From contig CAWIQP010000006.1 in the NCBI GenBank assembly GCA_963838285.1, positions 63,267 through 127,266 on the forward strand: 64,000 bases of DNA. Direction: 5' to 3'. The notes under the pieces are model-generated. The model was not told where the DNA came from, ran no database searches, and worked only from the letters and a program-made list of their open reading frames with translations. Positions 11,446 through 19,898 of the stretch are shown piece by piece. Each line of letters starts with the position of its first letter. The stretch's first letter is position 1. This stretch comes from an uncultured Chloroflexia bacterium. GTDB taxonomy: Bacteria; Chloroflexota; Limnocylindria; Limnocylindrales; CSP1-4. The translations under genes were made by a program, and so were the position numbers.

Positions 11446-12881
11446 GGGGCGCCGCCTTCGGTCCAGGCCTTCTCGGAGACGGGATCCGGCGACTTCGCGC
11501 TCCCGGGCGCCGCCGCCGGAAGCTTCGCGGCGATGTCGTGGCGGCGCTGCATGCCGGGCCACGTGACGAGATCGGCGGCCCGCTCGGCGTTGGCCCGGGC
11601 GGCCGGGATCGTGGCCCCGAGCCCGACCACCGCCAGAACGCGGCCGCCGTTGGTGCGGAATCGCCCCTCGGCGTCCCTGACCGTGCCGGCGTGGAACACC
11701 GTGGCGCCGGCCGCGGCCGCCTCGTCCAGACCCGAGATCGCGTCCCCCTTGCGGGGCGTCTCCGGGTAGTTCTCCGCCGCCAGCACCACGGCCACCGCGG
11801 CGTCGCCCGTCGTCGGGAGCATCCGCCCGGTCAAACCCAGGGCGCCGGCCGCGCCGGCCAGGTCGCCCTGGGCGGCGCCAAGAAGCAGCGGACCGAGAGG
11901 CACCGCGAGTCGCGGCAGTAGAGCCTGCACCTCGGGGTCCCCGAAGCGGGCGTTGCACTCGATGAGGACAGGACCTTCCGGCGTGAGCATCAGGCCGGCG
12001 TAGAGCGCGCCGCGGAAGGGCGCGCCCCGGCGAGACAGCTCGGCCAGGATGGGCAGGTGGACGACGTCGACGAGCGTTGCGCAGAGGCTCTCCGGTAGAT
12101 CGGGCACCGGGCTGTAGGCTCCCATGCCGCCGGTGTTCGGACCCTTGTCGTCGTCTCGCAGCCGCTTGTGGTCGCGCGCGGGCGGCAGGGCCAGCGCGCC
12201 GTGGTCGTCGCACAGGGCGATCAAGCTCGCCTCGGCGCCGCTCAGCCGCTCCTCGATCACCACCACCGGCCGGGCGGGGTCGCCTTCGGGCAACGCCGCG
12301 AAAAGCGCGACCAGCGCGGCCCGCGCCGCTTCCAGGTCGTCGCAGACCGTCACGCCCTTGCCGGCGGCGAGGCCGTCCGCCTTGACGACGACGCCCCGTG
12401 AACCCGGCGCCTCGACCAGCTCCGCGGCGAAGGCCAGCGCCGGCTCCAGCGCCGTGAAGTCGCGCCCGCGGGCCATTCGGACGCCGGCCGCCGCGGCCAC
12501 GTCGCGGCAGAAGGCCTTGCTCCACTCGATGCGAGCCGCCGCGCGGGTCGGCCCGAAAGTGGGCACGCCCGCGTCCGTCAGCGCGTCGACCACTCCCGCC
12601 GCGAGCGGCGCTTCCGGCCCGACCACGACCAGGTCCACGTCCTCGCGCGTGGCCAGGTCCAGGACCGCGGCCGGGTCAAGCGCCGAGACGTCCGGGAAGC
12701 AGCGGACCTTGGGCTCGTCCGCTATGGCGTCGCTCCCCGGGGCCACGAGCACCGCCTCGACGTCGGCCTCCCTGCTGAGGCTCCAGACGAGGGCGTGCTC
12801 GCGACCGCCGCCGCCCAGGACGAGCAGTCGGGCGGGCCCGCTCAGCGCGGCGTCCTTGCCCGGCGAAGCCTTCGTACTCAC
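11442..12881 (-). CDS. purD: phosphoribosylamine-glycine ligase
   Basis: LVLGGGGREHAL...VVGPEAPL...VVKADGLAAGKGV...GPNTGGMGAY...IECNARFGDPE. GTG at 12881 overlaps the purA stop (GTGA). Has a C-terminal low-complexity tail. Confidence 0.85.
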   Translation of the reverse strand: MSTKASPGKDAALSGPARLLVLGGGGREHALVWSLSREADVEAVLVAPGSDAIADEPKVRCFPDVSALDPAAVLDLATREDVDLVVVGPEAPLAAGVVDALTDAGVPTFGPTRAAARIEWSKAFCRDVAAAAGVRMARGRDFTALEPALAFAAELVEAPGSRGVVVKADGLAAGKGVTVCDDLEAARAALVALFAALPEGDPARPVVVIEERLSGAEASLIALCDDHGALALPPARDHKRLRDDDKGPNTGGMGAYSPVPDLPESLCATLVDVVHLPILAELSRRGAPFRGALYAGLMLTPEGPVLIECNARFGDPEVQALLPRLAVPLGPLLLGAAQGDLAGAAGALGLTGRMLPTTGDAAVAVVLAAENYPETPRKGDAISGLDEAAAAGATVFHAGTVRDAEGRFRTNGGRVLAVVGLGATIPAARANAERAADLVTWPGMQRRHDIAAKLPAAAPGSAKSPDPVSEKAWTEGGAP

Positions 12882-14242
12882 TTCTCGGCCGATCCCGCCG
12901 CCGGAGGCGCCGCCTGGTTCGAGGCGCCTGTCGCCCCGACGGACAGCGGCTTCGGACGCTGCGGCCGGGGCATCCGCTCGATCGTCTGGTGACGCTCCGG
13001 CCCCACCGAAACGAAGCAGATCGGGGCGCCGGAGAGGCGCTCGACCGCATCCACGTAGCGCCTGGCGTTCACGGGCAGATCCGCCATCGAGCGGCAGTCG
13101 TGGATCGGCTCGGTCCAGCCGGGGAAGCGCTCGTAGATCGGCTTCGCCCGCGAGAGCACGTCGGCATCGGAGGGCCACCAGTCGACGCGCGTGCCGTCGA
13201 CCTCGTAGGCCATGCAGATCAGGACCTCGTCGAGGCCGGACAGGATGTCGATCTTGTTGAGCATGATCGAGCTGACGCTGTTGACCGCCACGGCATAGCG
13301 CAGCGGCACGGCGTCGAACCATCCCACCCGGCGTCGCCGACCCGTGGTGGTCCCGAATTCGCGGCCCCGGTCCGTGATCCCCTCGCCGATGGCGTCGGTC
13401 AGCTCGGTCGGGAACGGCCCGGCTCCGACGCGGGTTGCGTAGGCCTTCATGACGCCCAGCACTTCGTCCACCTGAAGCGGCCCGATGCCGCCACCGGTGC
13501 AGGCGCCGCCCGCGATGGGATTGGAGGAAGTCACGAACGGGTAGCTGCCGTGGTCCAGGTCGAGCAGCGTGCCCTGCGCGCCTTCGAACAGGAGGTGCTC
13601 GCCTCGAGCGAGCCGCTCCTGCACGAGCTGCGTGGTGTCGGCCAGGTGGGGCGCCAGGCGGCGGCCCCACTCCGTAGCCTGGGCCACCAGCTCGTCGAGG
13701 TCGAAGCCGTCGACGCGGTGCTGGCGCTGGAGGGTCGCGTTCTTCTCGGGCAGAATCCTGGCCAGCTTGCTCCGCAGCGCGGGTCCGTCGAGCAGGTCCT
13801 CCATCCGGATGCCGATGCGCCAGGCTCTGTCCGCGTAAGCCGGCCCGATTCCACGCCGCGTGGTGCCGACGGCGGCAGCCGCCAGCCGAGCCTCCATGGC
13901 GCCGTCGAGGGCGATGTGGTACGGCATGATCACGTGGGCGTGCTTGCTGACGCGGACGCGGTCCACCTCGATGCCGCGGCCGGCGAGCATGTCCAGCTCC
14001 GAAATGAGCGTGGCCGGGTTGACCACGACGCCGTTGCCGATGATCGGCGTGATGTGCGGATACAGGACGCCCGATGGGACCAGGTGGAGCTTGAAGACCT
14101 CGTCGCCGAGCACGATCGTGTGACCGGCGTTGTCGCCGCCCTGGTAGCGCACCACGGCCGTGACGTGCTCGGCCAGCGCGTCGGTGGTCTTGCCCTTGCC
14201 TTCGTCACCCCACTGCAGGCCGACGATCACGGTGGCGGGCAT
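12878..14242 (-). CDS. purA: adenylosuccinate synthetase
   Basis: VIVGLQWGDEGKGK P-loop, GGDNAGHT, TTRRGIGP, and GTTTGRRRR followed by VGWFD. GGAGG lies 6 nt upstream of the ATG. Confidence 0.95.
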   Translation of the reverse strand: MPATVIVGLQWGDEGKGKTTDALAEHVTAVVRYQGGDNAGHTIVLGDEVFKLHLVPSGVLYPHITPIIGNGVVVNPATLISELDMLAGRGIEVDRVRVSKHAHVIMPYHIALDGAMEARLAAAAVGTTRRGIGPAYADRAWRIGIRMEDLLDGPALRSKLARILPEKNATLQRQHRVDGFDLDELVAQATEWGRRLAPHLADTTQLVQERLARGEHLLFEGAQGTLLDLDHGSYPFVTSSNPIAGGACTGGGIGPLQVDEVLGVMKAYATRVGAGPFPTELTDAIGEGITDRGREFGTTTGRRRRVGWFDAVPLRYAVAVNSVSSIMLNKIDILSGLDEVLICMAYEVDGTRVDWWPSDADVLSRAKPIYERFPGWTEPIHDCRSMADLPVNARRYVDAVERLSGAPICFVSVGPERHQTIERMPRPQRPKPLSVGATGASNQAAPPAAGSAEK

Positions 14243-14316
14243 CTATTCCTCCCCCGAGGGCAGCATCAGGGCTGCCCCGTGCTCGCCCCGGCGGTCTTCC
14301 GATTGAAAGCCCGGGG

Positions 14317-14351
14317 AAACGAAAAGGCCCTCGGCCGTCCGGCCGGGGACC
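14317..14351 (-). terminator. intrinsic terminator-like hairpin plus U-tract 75 nt upstream of the purA ATG
   Basis: Minus-strand RNA: GGUCCC-CGGCC-GGAC-GGCCG-A-GGGCC followed by UUUUCGUUU. That is about 10 GC pairs with small bulges, then a U-run. Confidence 0.6.
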
Positions 14352-14357
14352 TGGGTA

Positions 14358-14503
14358 GACTGCCCCTCCGTCGGAGCCGCGGCTCCTGAGGGAGCGAAGG
14401 TGGTGGTCCGTCTCACGGGGCGAACAGCACGCCTTCCTGGGGCAACGTGGCCTCCTTGGCGATGTTGTCTCTGGAACCCGATGGCGCTCGGCCGTGGGCA
14501 GTC
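14358..14503 (-). ncRNA. candidate structured RNA core (leader, riboswitch or sRNA, class unknown)
   Basis: An 8-bp closing helix GACUGCCC (14496-14503) / GGGCAGUC (14358-14365) encloses several GC hairpins. Examples are GGCG-UGCUGUU-CGCC, CCG-UGAGA-CGG and GGAGC-CGCG-GCUCC. It is flanked by an extended -10 box upstream and the terminator downstream. Confidence 0.3.
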
Positions 14504-14506
14504 GGC

Positions 14507-14515
14507 AGTATACCA
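14507..14515 (-). promoter_or_regulatory. extended -10 promoter element TGgTATACT
   Basis: The minus strand reads TGGTATACT, an AT-rich hexamer in roughly 70% GC DNA, 79 nt downstream of the deoC stop. The -35 region is poor (CCGGAT). Confidence 0.35.
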
Positions 14516-14590
14516 GGCGCGAACGCCCGATCCGGCACCTGTTGCGACCGGCTCGCCCGGCGGCGGGCCGGTCGAGCGAACGTCAGGGCC

Positions 14591-15379
14591 TCAGTACTCG
14601 TCGCCCGGGGTGAGTGTCGCCGAGGGCCCGCGATCGACGACCGCGCGTACCGCTTCGGGACCGCGCGCTCGCCACTCCTCGGCGATTGCCGCGGTCGCGG
14701 TCGCGCCGACCCGGCAGGCGCCGGCGGCGAGCATGCCGAGCAGCGCGTCGAGGGTGCGCACTCCGCCGGCCGCCTTGACGCCCACGCCGTCGCCGACGAC
14801 ACGCCGCATGAGGGCGATCTCGCCCATCTCGGCTCCGCGCGGCGAGTAGCCGGTGCCGTTCTTCACGAACGCGGCCCGCGCCTCGACGGCGACGCGGCAG
14901 CCGGCCTCGACCTGTTGCGGGGTGAGATAGGCGGTTTCGAGGATCACCTTCACCGGCGTCGGGGAGACGGCGTAGACGAGACCGGCCAGCTCGTCGCGAA
15001 CGTAGCCCAGGTCTCCGCCGCGCAGGGCGCCGATGTTGATGACCACGTCGAGCTCGACGGCGCCCTGGTCGACCGCCACGAGCGCCTCCCGCTCCTTGAT
15101 CTGCGAAACGTGGGCCCCGTGAGGGAAGCCGATGACGGTAGTCGGGCCCACGTTGGACTTCCGCAAACGGCCGACCACCAGCGCCAGATCGGCGGGCCGG
15201 CAGCAGACCGTCGCCGTCTCCCATTCCATCGCGACGTCGCAGCCGGCCTCGACGTCGGCGCGAGTCAGTTCGGGCTTCAGCAGGGAGTGGTCGATGATGC
15301 CCATGAGGGCCTTCTCGTCGAGCGTGGCGAGATCGATCGGCGCCCTGTTGGCGAGTCTCACCTTGATGGCTTGCTTCAC
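14591..15379 (-). CDS. deoC: deoxyribose-phosphate aldolase
   Basis: IDHSLLKPE...VCCRP...TVIGFPHG...DVVINIG...KVILET...VKNGTGY...VKAAGGVRT. GTG start at 15379, with GGAG 8 nt upstream. Confidence 0.85.
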   Translation of the reverse strand: MKQAIKVRLANRAPIDLATLDEKALMGIIDHSLLKPELTRADVEAGCDVAMEWETATVCCRPADLALVVGRLRKSNVGPTTVIGFPHGAHVSQIKEREALVAVDQGAVELDVVINIGALRGGDLGYVRDELAGLVYAVSPTPVKVILETAYLTPQQVEAGCRVAVEARAAFVKNGTGYSPRGAEMGEIALMRRVVGDGVGVKAAGGVRTLDALLGMLAAGACRVGATATAAIAEEWRARGPEAVRAVVDRGPSATLTPGDEY

Positions 15380-15390
15380 TGCTGGCACTC

Positions 15391-16581
15391 CTACGATCCC
15401 GAGGCGACTACGGCCAGGGCGTGGCTGCCACCGGCATCGATCGCGATCACTTTGGACAGACCGGCCGGCACGGTCGCCTCGCCGGCCCCGTTCCCGCCCC
15501 AGGCGACGACGGTTCCGTCTGCCTTGAGGGCCACACTGAAGTCGCCGCCGGCCGCCACCGCGACGGCCTTCAGTCCGGCCGGGATGGTCGTCTCGCCGTC
15601 CTGGTTGGTGCCCCAACCCACGACCGATCCGTCGGACTCGATGACGAGGTTGTGGTAGTAGCCGGCCGAGATGGCGGTCACGCCGCTGAGACCGGCCGGA
15701 ACCTTGGCTACGCCGGTGGCCACGTCGGTCGGGTACTTGTCGCCCCAGGCGACCACGGTGCCGTCCTTCAGCAGGGCGAGGCTGTAGTCGTAGCCGGCCG
15801 AAATGTGGGCCACGTTCTTGAGGCCGGTCGGAACGTCGGTCTCGCCGTTGGGGTCGCCGCCCCAGGCCACGACGGTTCCGTCGGCCGTCAGCGCCAGCGA
15901 GTGGACACCCGCGGCCGAGATCTCGACGACGTTCTTCAGACCGGCCGGAGGAGTCGCCTGGCCGTAGGTGTTGTCGCCCCAACCGATGACAGTCCCGTCC
16001 GACTTGAGGGCCAGACTGAACGTGCCGCCCGCCGCGATCTGCGTGACGTTCGTCGCGGCGGCGGGGATCTTCGTCTCGCCGACGTCGGCGTCGGTGGCGC
16101 CCCAGCCAACGACCGTCCCGTCCGACTTGAGGGCCAGGCTGAACTCGTCGCCCGCGGCCACGGCCACGACGCCGGTGAGTCCCGCCGGAACGTCGGTCTG
16201 GCCGGCGCTGTCGTCGCCCCAGGCGACGACCGTCCCGCTCTTGACGGGCGTCGGTGCCGGGGTTGCCGCGGGCGTCGGGGCCGCCGTGGGTGCCGGCGTT
16301 CTGGCAGCGGACGTCGTTCGCGCGGGGGAAGCAGCCGGGAAGCTGCACGCACACGACGGGACGACCGTGGCTCCCGGCGCGAGGGTTGCGCCCGGCGCGA
16401 GGGTTGCGCCCGGCGCGAGGGTGGCATTCGACAGCGGAGCTCCGGAGCCGCCCGGCTGCGACGTCGAATTCGTGAGAGTCGGCGTGGCGCCCGAGCTGCT
16501 GCAGGCGGCCGACGCAACGAGCAGCATGCCCGTCAGCAGGAACCGACCGATCCGGGACACGGCTGGCCTCCTCCTATCCAT
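15391..16581 (-). CDS. secreted/lipoprotein RCC1-repeat (beta-propeller) protein
   Basis: Signal peptide MDRRRPAVSRIGRFLLTGMLLVASAAC, then an Ala/Pro/Thr linker. About 7 repeats follow of the form G.VVAWG.N..GQ..VP.GL..V..I.AG..HSLAL..DGTV. AGGAGG lies 7 nt before the ATG at 16581. Confidence 0.8.
   Translation of the reverse strand: MDRRRPAVSRIGRFLLTGMLLVASAACSSSGATPTLTNSTSQPGGSGAPLSNATLAPGATLAPGATLAPGATVVPSCACSFPAASPARTTSAARTPAPTAAPTPAATPAPTPVKSGTVVAWGDDSAGQTDVPAGLTGVVAVAAGDEFSLALKSDGTVVGWGATDADVGETKIPAAATNVTQIAAGGTFSLALKSDGTVIGWGDNTYGQATPPAGLKNVVEISAAGVHSLALTADGTVVAWGGDPNGETDVPTGLKNVAHISAGYDYSLALLKDGTVVAWGDKYPTDVATGVAKVPAGLSGVTAISAGYYHNLVIESDGSVVGWGTNQDGETTIPAGLKAVAVAAGGDFSVALKADGTVVAWGGNGAGEATVPAGLSKVIAIDAGGSHALAVVASGS
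16373..16424. repeat. in-frame 18-bp tandem repeat x2.9 inside the RCC1-repeat gene (encodes ATLAPG x3)
   Basis: CCCGGCGCGAGGGTTGCG occurs at 16373-16390 and 16391-16408, with a partial third copy. Confidence 0.85.
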
Positions 16582-16920
16582 TGGACATCCTCCTGGGACG
16601 CCGGCTGGCGCACCCGCCGGCTGCGCCGGTGGCCAGCATAGCGCTGTACCCGCTGCCCGGCTCACCGGGCCTTTCTCGTTGGAAGCGCCCACGACGGGCC
16701 CACGGGCAGCGCCGCGCGCCGTCGACCCTTCCTGGTGACTGGCAGGGCCCGCCTCACATCGTGCCTGCGTCCACTTCAGAGCGCCAGTGCCGTCATCCAG
16801 CATGCGGGTTCGCATAAGCCCCGGATGAGTCGCGGTTGATCGCTCGTGAGTAGGGTTCGGCCACCCGCCGTCACAGAGAAGCGCCGCCATCGAGCGGCGC
16901 CGGAATAGGAGAACCGGACC

Positions 16921-17385
16921 GTGAACAAGGTCCTACTGACCGGTCGCCTCACCCGCGACCCGGAACTGCGATCTCTGGCCAGCGGATCGAGCGTCGCCAC
17001 GTTCGCCGTGGCGACCAACGAGTTCCGAGGCAACGGCAAGGAGCGCGCGGAGTATCACAACGTCGTGGTCTGGGACCGACTGGCACAGGTGTGCGGCCAG
17101 TACCTCGGCAAGGGCCAGCAGGTCGCCATCGAAGGTCGACTTCAGACGCGCCAGTGGGATGACGACCGCGGCGCGCGCCACTGGAAGACTGAGGTCGTCG
17201 CCACCTCGGTCGAGATGCTGTCGGGCCGCCACAAGCGCGACTACGAGGCCGAGTCGCTGGCCGGGCAGGCTGCGGCCGACGAGGCCGCAGCGGTCGATAC
17301 GGCGGAGCCGGCCGACGACGACGACACCGACGACGAGCAGCCGGCAACCTCACCCGACGACGAGCAGGTGCTCGTCCTGGCCTGA
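16921..17385 (+). CDS. ssb: single-stranded DNA-binding protein
   Basis: OB-fold signature [17 protein letters not shown]...FAVATN...[12 protein letters not shown]...[17 protein letters not shown]. The acidic tail ends ...DDEQVLVLA rather than D-D-D-I-P-F. GTG start with GGAGAA upstream. Confidence 0.85.
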   Translation: MNKVLLTGRLTRDPELRSLASGSSVATFAVATNEFRGNGKERAEYHNVVVWDRLAQVCGQYLGKGQQVAIEGRLQTRQWDDDRGARHWKTEVVATSVEMLSGRHKRDYEAESLAGQAAADEAAAVDTAEPADDDDTDDEQPATSPDDEQVLVLA

Positions 17386-17491
17386 CAATCGGACCCCCGG
17401 GGCGCTGCGCATCACCCCAGGCGCGGCGCCCCGGCCATCCTGCGCAGGTGCATCGCCCGGGCCGGCCGCGCCCCGCGTGGGCGGCTCGGTC

Positions 17492-18367
17492 CTACTCCAA
17501 ACGCAACTCCCCGACGAACCGGGCGAGGACCCGGGAGAGCCGCGGGCCGGCTGCCTCGGCGGCCGCCAGCACTTCCTCGTGAGTCAGCTCCTCCGCCCCC
17601 AGCCCGGCACCGGCGTTGGTCACCAGCGAGACGCCGCAGACGCGAAGACCGCACCAGTGGCCGGCGACGGCTTCCAGCGCTGTGGACATCCCCACGGCGT
17701 CGGCCCCGAGGGTCCGGGCCATCCGCAACTCTGCCGGGGTCTCGTATGTGGGCCCGGTCAGCGCGACGTAGACGCCTTCGGTCAGCGACACGCCCTCGGC
17801 CCGGCCGGCCTCCAGAAGCGCGGCGCGCAGGTCCGCGTCCCAGACGTGGGTCATGTCCGCGAAGCGCGCCCCGAGCTCTTCGGCGTTGGGACCTATGAGC
17901 GGGTGCCGGCCGGTCATGTTGATGTGGTCGACGATGACCATCAGCGTCCCCGCCCCGTAGTCGGGATTCACTCCGCCGGCCGCGTTGGTGAGGACCACGA
18001 TTCCCGCCCCGAGGCGCCGCATGAGCAGCACGGGCTGCACGACGAAGCCGGCGGAGTGACCCTCGTAGAGGTGGAAGCGGCCCTGCTGCACGACCACCGG
18101 CACGCCGGAGAGACGGCCGATCAGGAGCCGTCCGGCATGGCCGGGGGCGGTGGCCGGAGGCCACCCGGGCAGCTCGTCGAAGCCGACCGAACACTCGACC
18201 TCGACGGCATCCGCGAGCCCTCCGAGCCCGGACCCGAGAACCATCCCCACGCGTGGCACCACGTCGGTTCGGCGGCGGATCTCCGCCTCGATGGCGTCGA
18301 GCCTGGCCGGCTGATCGGCCGGCGGAATCTCGCGACCCAGGGCGAACTCGAACCGCGTCTCGCTCAT
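17492..18367 (-). CDS. punA: purine nucleoside phosphorylase (trimeric PunA type)
   Basis: GMVLGSGLGGLAD...GHAGRLL.G...QGRFHLYEG...VLTNAAGG.NP...LTGPTYETPAE...GADAVGMST...VTNAG. Confidence 0.85.
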   Translation of the reverse strand: MSETRFEFALGREIPPADQPARLDAIEAEIRRRTDVVPRVGMVLGSGLGGLADAVEVECSVGFDELPGWPPATAPGHAGRLLIGRLSGVPVVVQQGRFHLYEGHSAGFVVQPVLLMRRLGAGIVVLTNAAGGVNPDYGAGTLMVIVDHINMTGRHPLIGPNAEELGARFADMTHVWDADLRAALLEAGRAEGVSLTEGVYVALTGPTYETPAELRMARTLGADAVGMSTALEAVAGHWCGLRVCGVSLVTNAGAGLGAEELTHEEVLAAAEAAGPRLSRVLARFVGELRLE

Positions 18368-18825
18368 TGCGCGGCCTCGTCCAGATCGGCGGCGTCGAAC
18401 GACAGCGGCAGCAGCTCGCCCAACGTCGCGGCAACGACTACGTCCGAGACGCTCGAGGCCATGAAGACCTGCACCGCCGGCCCGAACTCGGCCAGCAGCT
18501 GGCGGCATATGCCGCACGGGCTCGACGGCTCTCGAGTGGGCGTGACCACTACGCAGGCCCGCACGGCCGTCTCGCCGCCTGCCACCGCCGCGACGATTGC
18601 GCTCCGCTCGGCGCAGATCGTGGCCCCGTAGGATGCCGACTCGACGTTGCACCCGGGGTAGACGGCTCCGCTGCCGCCGAGCACCGCCGCGCCCACCTGG
18701 AATTTGGAATAGGGAGCGCGCGCCCGTCCTTGCGCCTCCAGGGCGACGCGCAGCAGCCCGGCGAACTCGGGCAGGTGCGCCGGCGCCTCCGCCCGGTCGA
18801 TGAACTCGATTCCACTACCCGTCAT
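18364..18825 (-). CDS. cdd: cytidine deaminase
   Basis: PYS.F.VGAA...CAERSAI...PCGICRQ zinc-binding motifs. Its stop overlaps the punA ATG (ATGA). Confidence 0.85.
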   Translation of the reverse strand: MTGSGIEFIDRAEAPAHLPEFAGLLRVALEAQGRARAPYSKFQVGAAVLGGSGAVYPGCNVESASYGATICAERSAIVAAVAGGETAVRACVVVTPTREPSSPCGICRQLLAEFGPAVQVFMASSVSDVVVAATLGELLPLSFDAADLDEAAQ

Positions 18826-18913
18826 CGTCGACACCTCACCGCGCGACCGCCGCTTCCAGTAGTGATAGCTTCTGCACCGACCACCGAGCGAGTGCGACCC
18901 GAGGATACGACCG

Positions 18914-19786
18914 ATGGACGCCAGCGGCCCAAACAAGTCTCCGGCCGGTTCGGTCGGGCGTAGCGCCGACGCTCCGACCGACGAAACCGGGGCCCAGTAT
19001 CACCTGCATCTCTCAGCCGGGCAGATCCCGTCGACCGTGCTGATGCCGGGCGACCCGGGGCGCGTCCTCAGGATGATGGCGACGTGGGACGAGGCCGAGG
19101 AGCTGGCCTTCCACCGCGAGTACCGCTCGGCTCGCGGCGTCTTCAAGGGTGTGCCGATCGGGGCGATATCCAGCGGGATCGGCGCTCCCAGCCTCGAGAT
19201 CGCGGCCCACGAGTTCGCCACGATCGGCGGCCGGACGATCCTTCGAGTTGGCACGTGCGGGGCGCTGCAGGCCGAGATCGAGCCCGGCGATCTCATCGTC
19301 CCCGTCGCCGCGGTCCGGCGAGACGGCACCTCCGATCGCTACCTGCCGCTCGAGCACCCGGCCTTCGCCGATCCCGAGGTGCACATGGCGCTGGTCGAGG
19401 CGTGCGAACAACTGGGCTACCGATACCACGTCGGCGTGGTGTGCAGCGTCGGCTCGTTCTACCTCGGCCAGGAACGCCCCGTCACGGGCGGATTCTGGCA
19501 GTCCGGCGTGGACGGCCTCGTCGACGACCTTCGGGCGGCCGGCGTCGCGTGCCTGGAGATGGAGTGCGCGGCGCTGTTCGTCCTGGCCAGGCTCTTCGGC
19601 ATGCGCAGCGGCGCGGTCCTGGGGGCGGTGGCCAACCGCGTCACGAACGCCTTCGGCGACAACGGCGCGGAGGAGCGGGCCATTCGCGCGGCCAACGAGG
19701 CGGTGACGATCCTCGACGAATGGGCCCGCCTCAAGACGGCCGCGGGCAAGACCAACTTCTATCCTTCGTTGCTCCGGAAGGGCTGA
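18914..19786 (+). CDS. nucleoside phosphorylase of the Udp/DeoD (PNP_UDP_1) family, uridine-phosphorylase-like
   Basis: LMPGDPGR...GIGAPSLEIAAHE...LRVGTCGAL...VAAVRRDGTS...LEMECAALF. Divergent from cdd. Confidence 0.75.
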   Translation: MDASGPNKSPAGSVGRSADAPTDETGAQYHLHLSAGQIPSTVLMPGDPGRVLRMMATWDEAEELAFHREYRSARGVFKGVPIGAISSGIGAPSLEIAAHEFATIGGRTILRVGTCGALQAEIEPGDLIVPVAAVRRDGTSDRYLPLEHPAFADPEVHMALVEACEQLGYRYHVGVVCSVGSFYLGQERPVTGGFWQSGVDGLVDDLRAAGVACLEMECAALFVLARLFGMRSGAVLGAVANRVTNAFGDNGAEERAIRAANEAVTILDEWARLKTAAGKTNFYPSLLRKG

Positions 19787-19845
19787 CGACCGCGGGCGAC
19801 CGCGGGCGGCCGCGGACGACCACGGGCGACCGCGGGCGGCCGCGG
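19786..19845. repeat. 30-bp tandem duplication between the convergent udp-like and permease genes
   Basis: GACGACCGCGGGCGACCGCGGGCGGCCGCG at 19786-19815 repeats at 19816-19845 with one mismatch. Confidence 0.85.
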
Positions 19846-19898
19846 GACCGGCCGGCCCGTGCCGGAACGTCGGTTCGACCCGACCGCGGCCCCGACTG

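Noticed and set aside
14358-14503. Naming the purA-upstream RNA as SRP RNA, 6S RNA, or a purine, ZTP, PRPP, THF, SAM, TPP or cobalamin riboswitch.
   Set aside because: The SRP domain IV motif (GGAA tetraloop with AGCA) and the B12 box are absent. So are the ZTP CCGCCUGGGC block, the purine three-way-junction core and the ykkC GGUCCGAGAG / AAAGCCCGGGAG blocks. A rod-like 6S fold could not be drawn convincingly by hand. It is kept only as an unclassified candidate.
16630-16660. A fourth, degenerate copy of the dispersed-element end module (TGGCCAGCATAGCGCTGTACCC) in the RCC1-ssb spacer.
   Set aside because: Only GGCCAG and TAGCGC are shared. There is no partner module within 300 bp. The similarity is within chance for GC-rich DNA.
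17396-17434. Bidirectional terminator between ssb and punA (CCGGGGCGC...GCGCCCCGG).
   Set aside because: The 9-bp stem is real, but the loop is 20 nt and there is no T/U tract on either strand. It is too weak to list as a feature.
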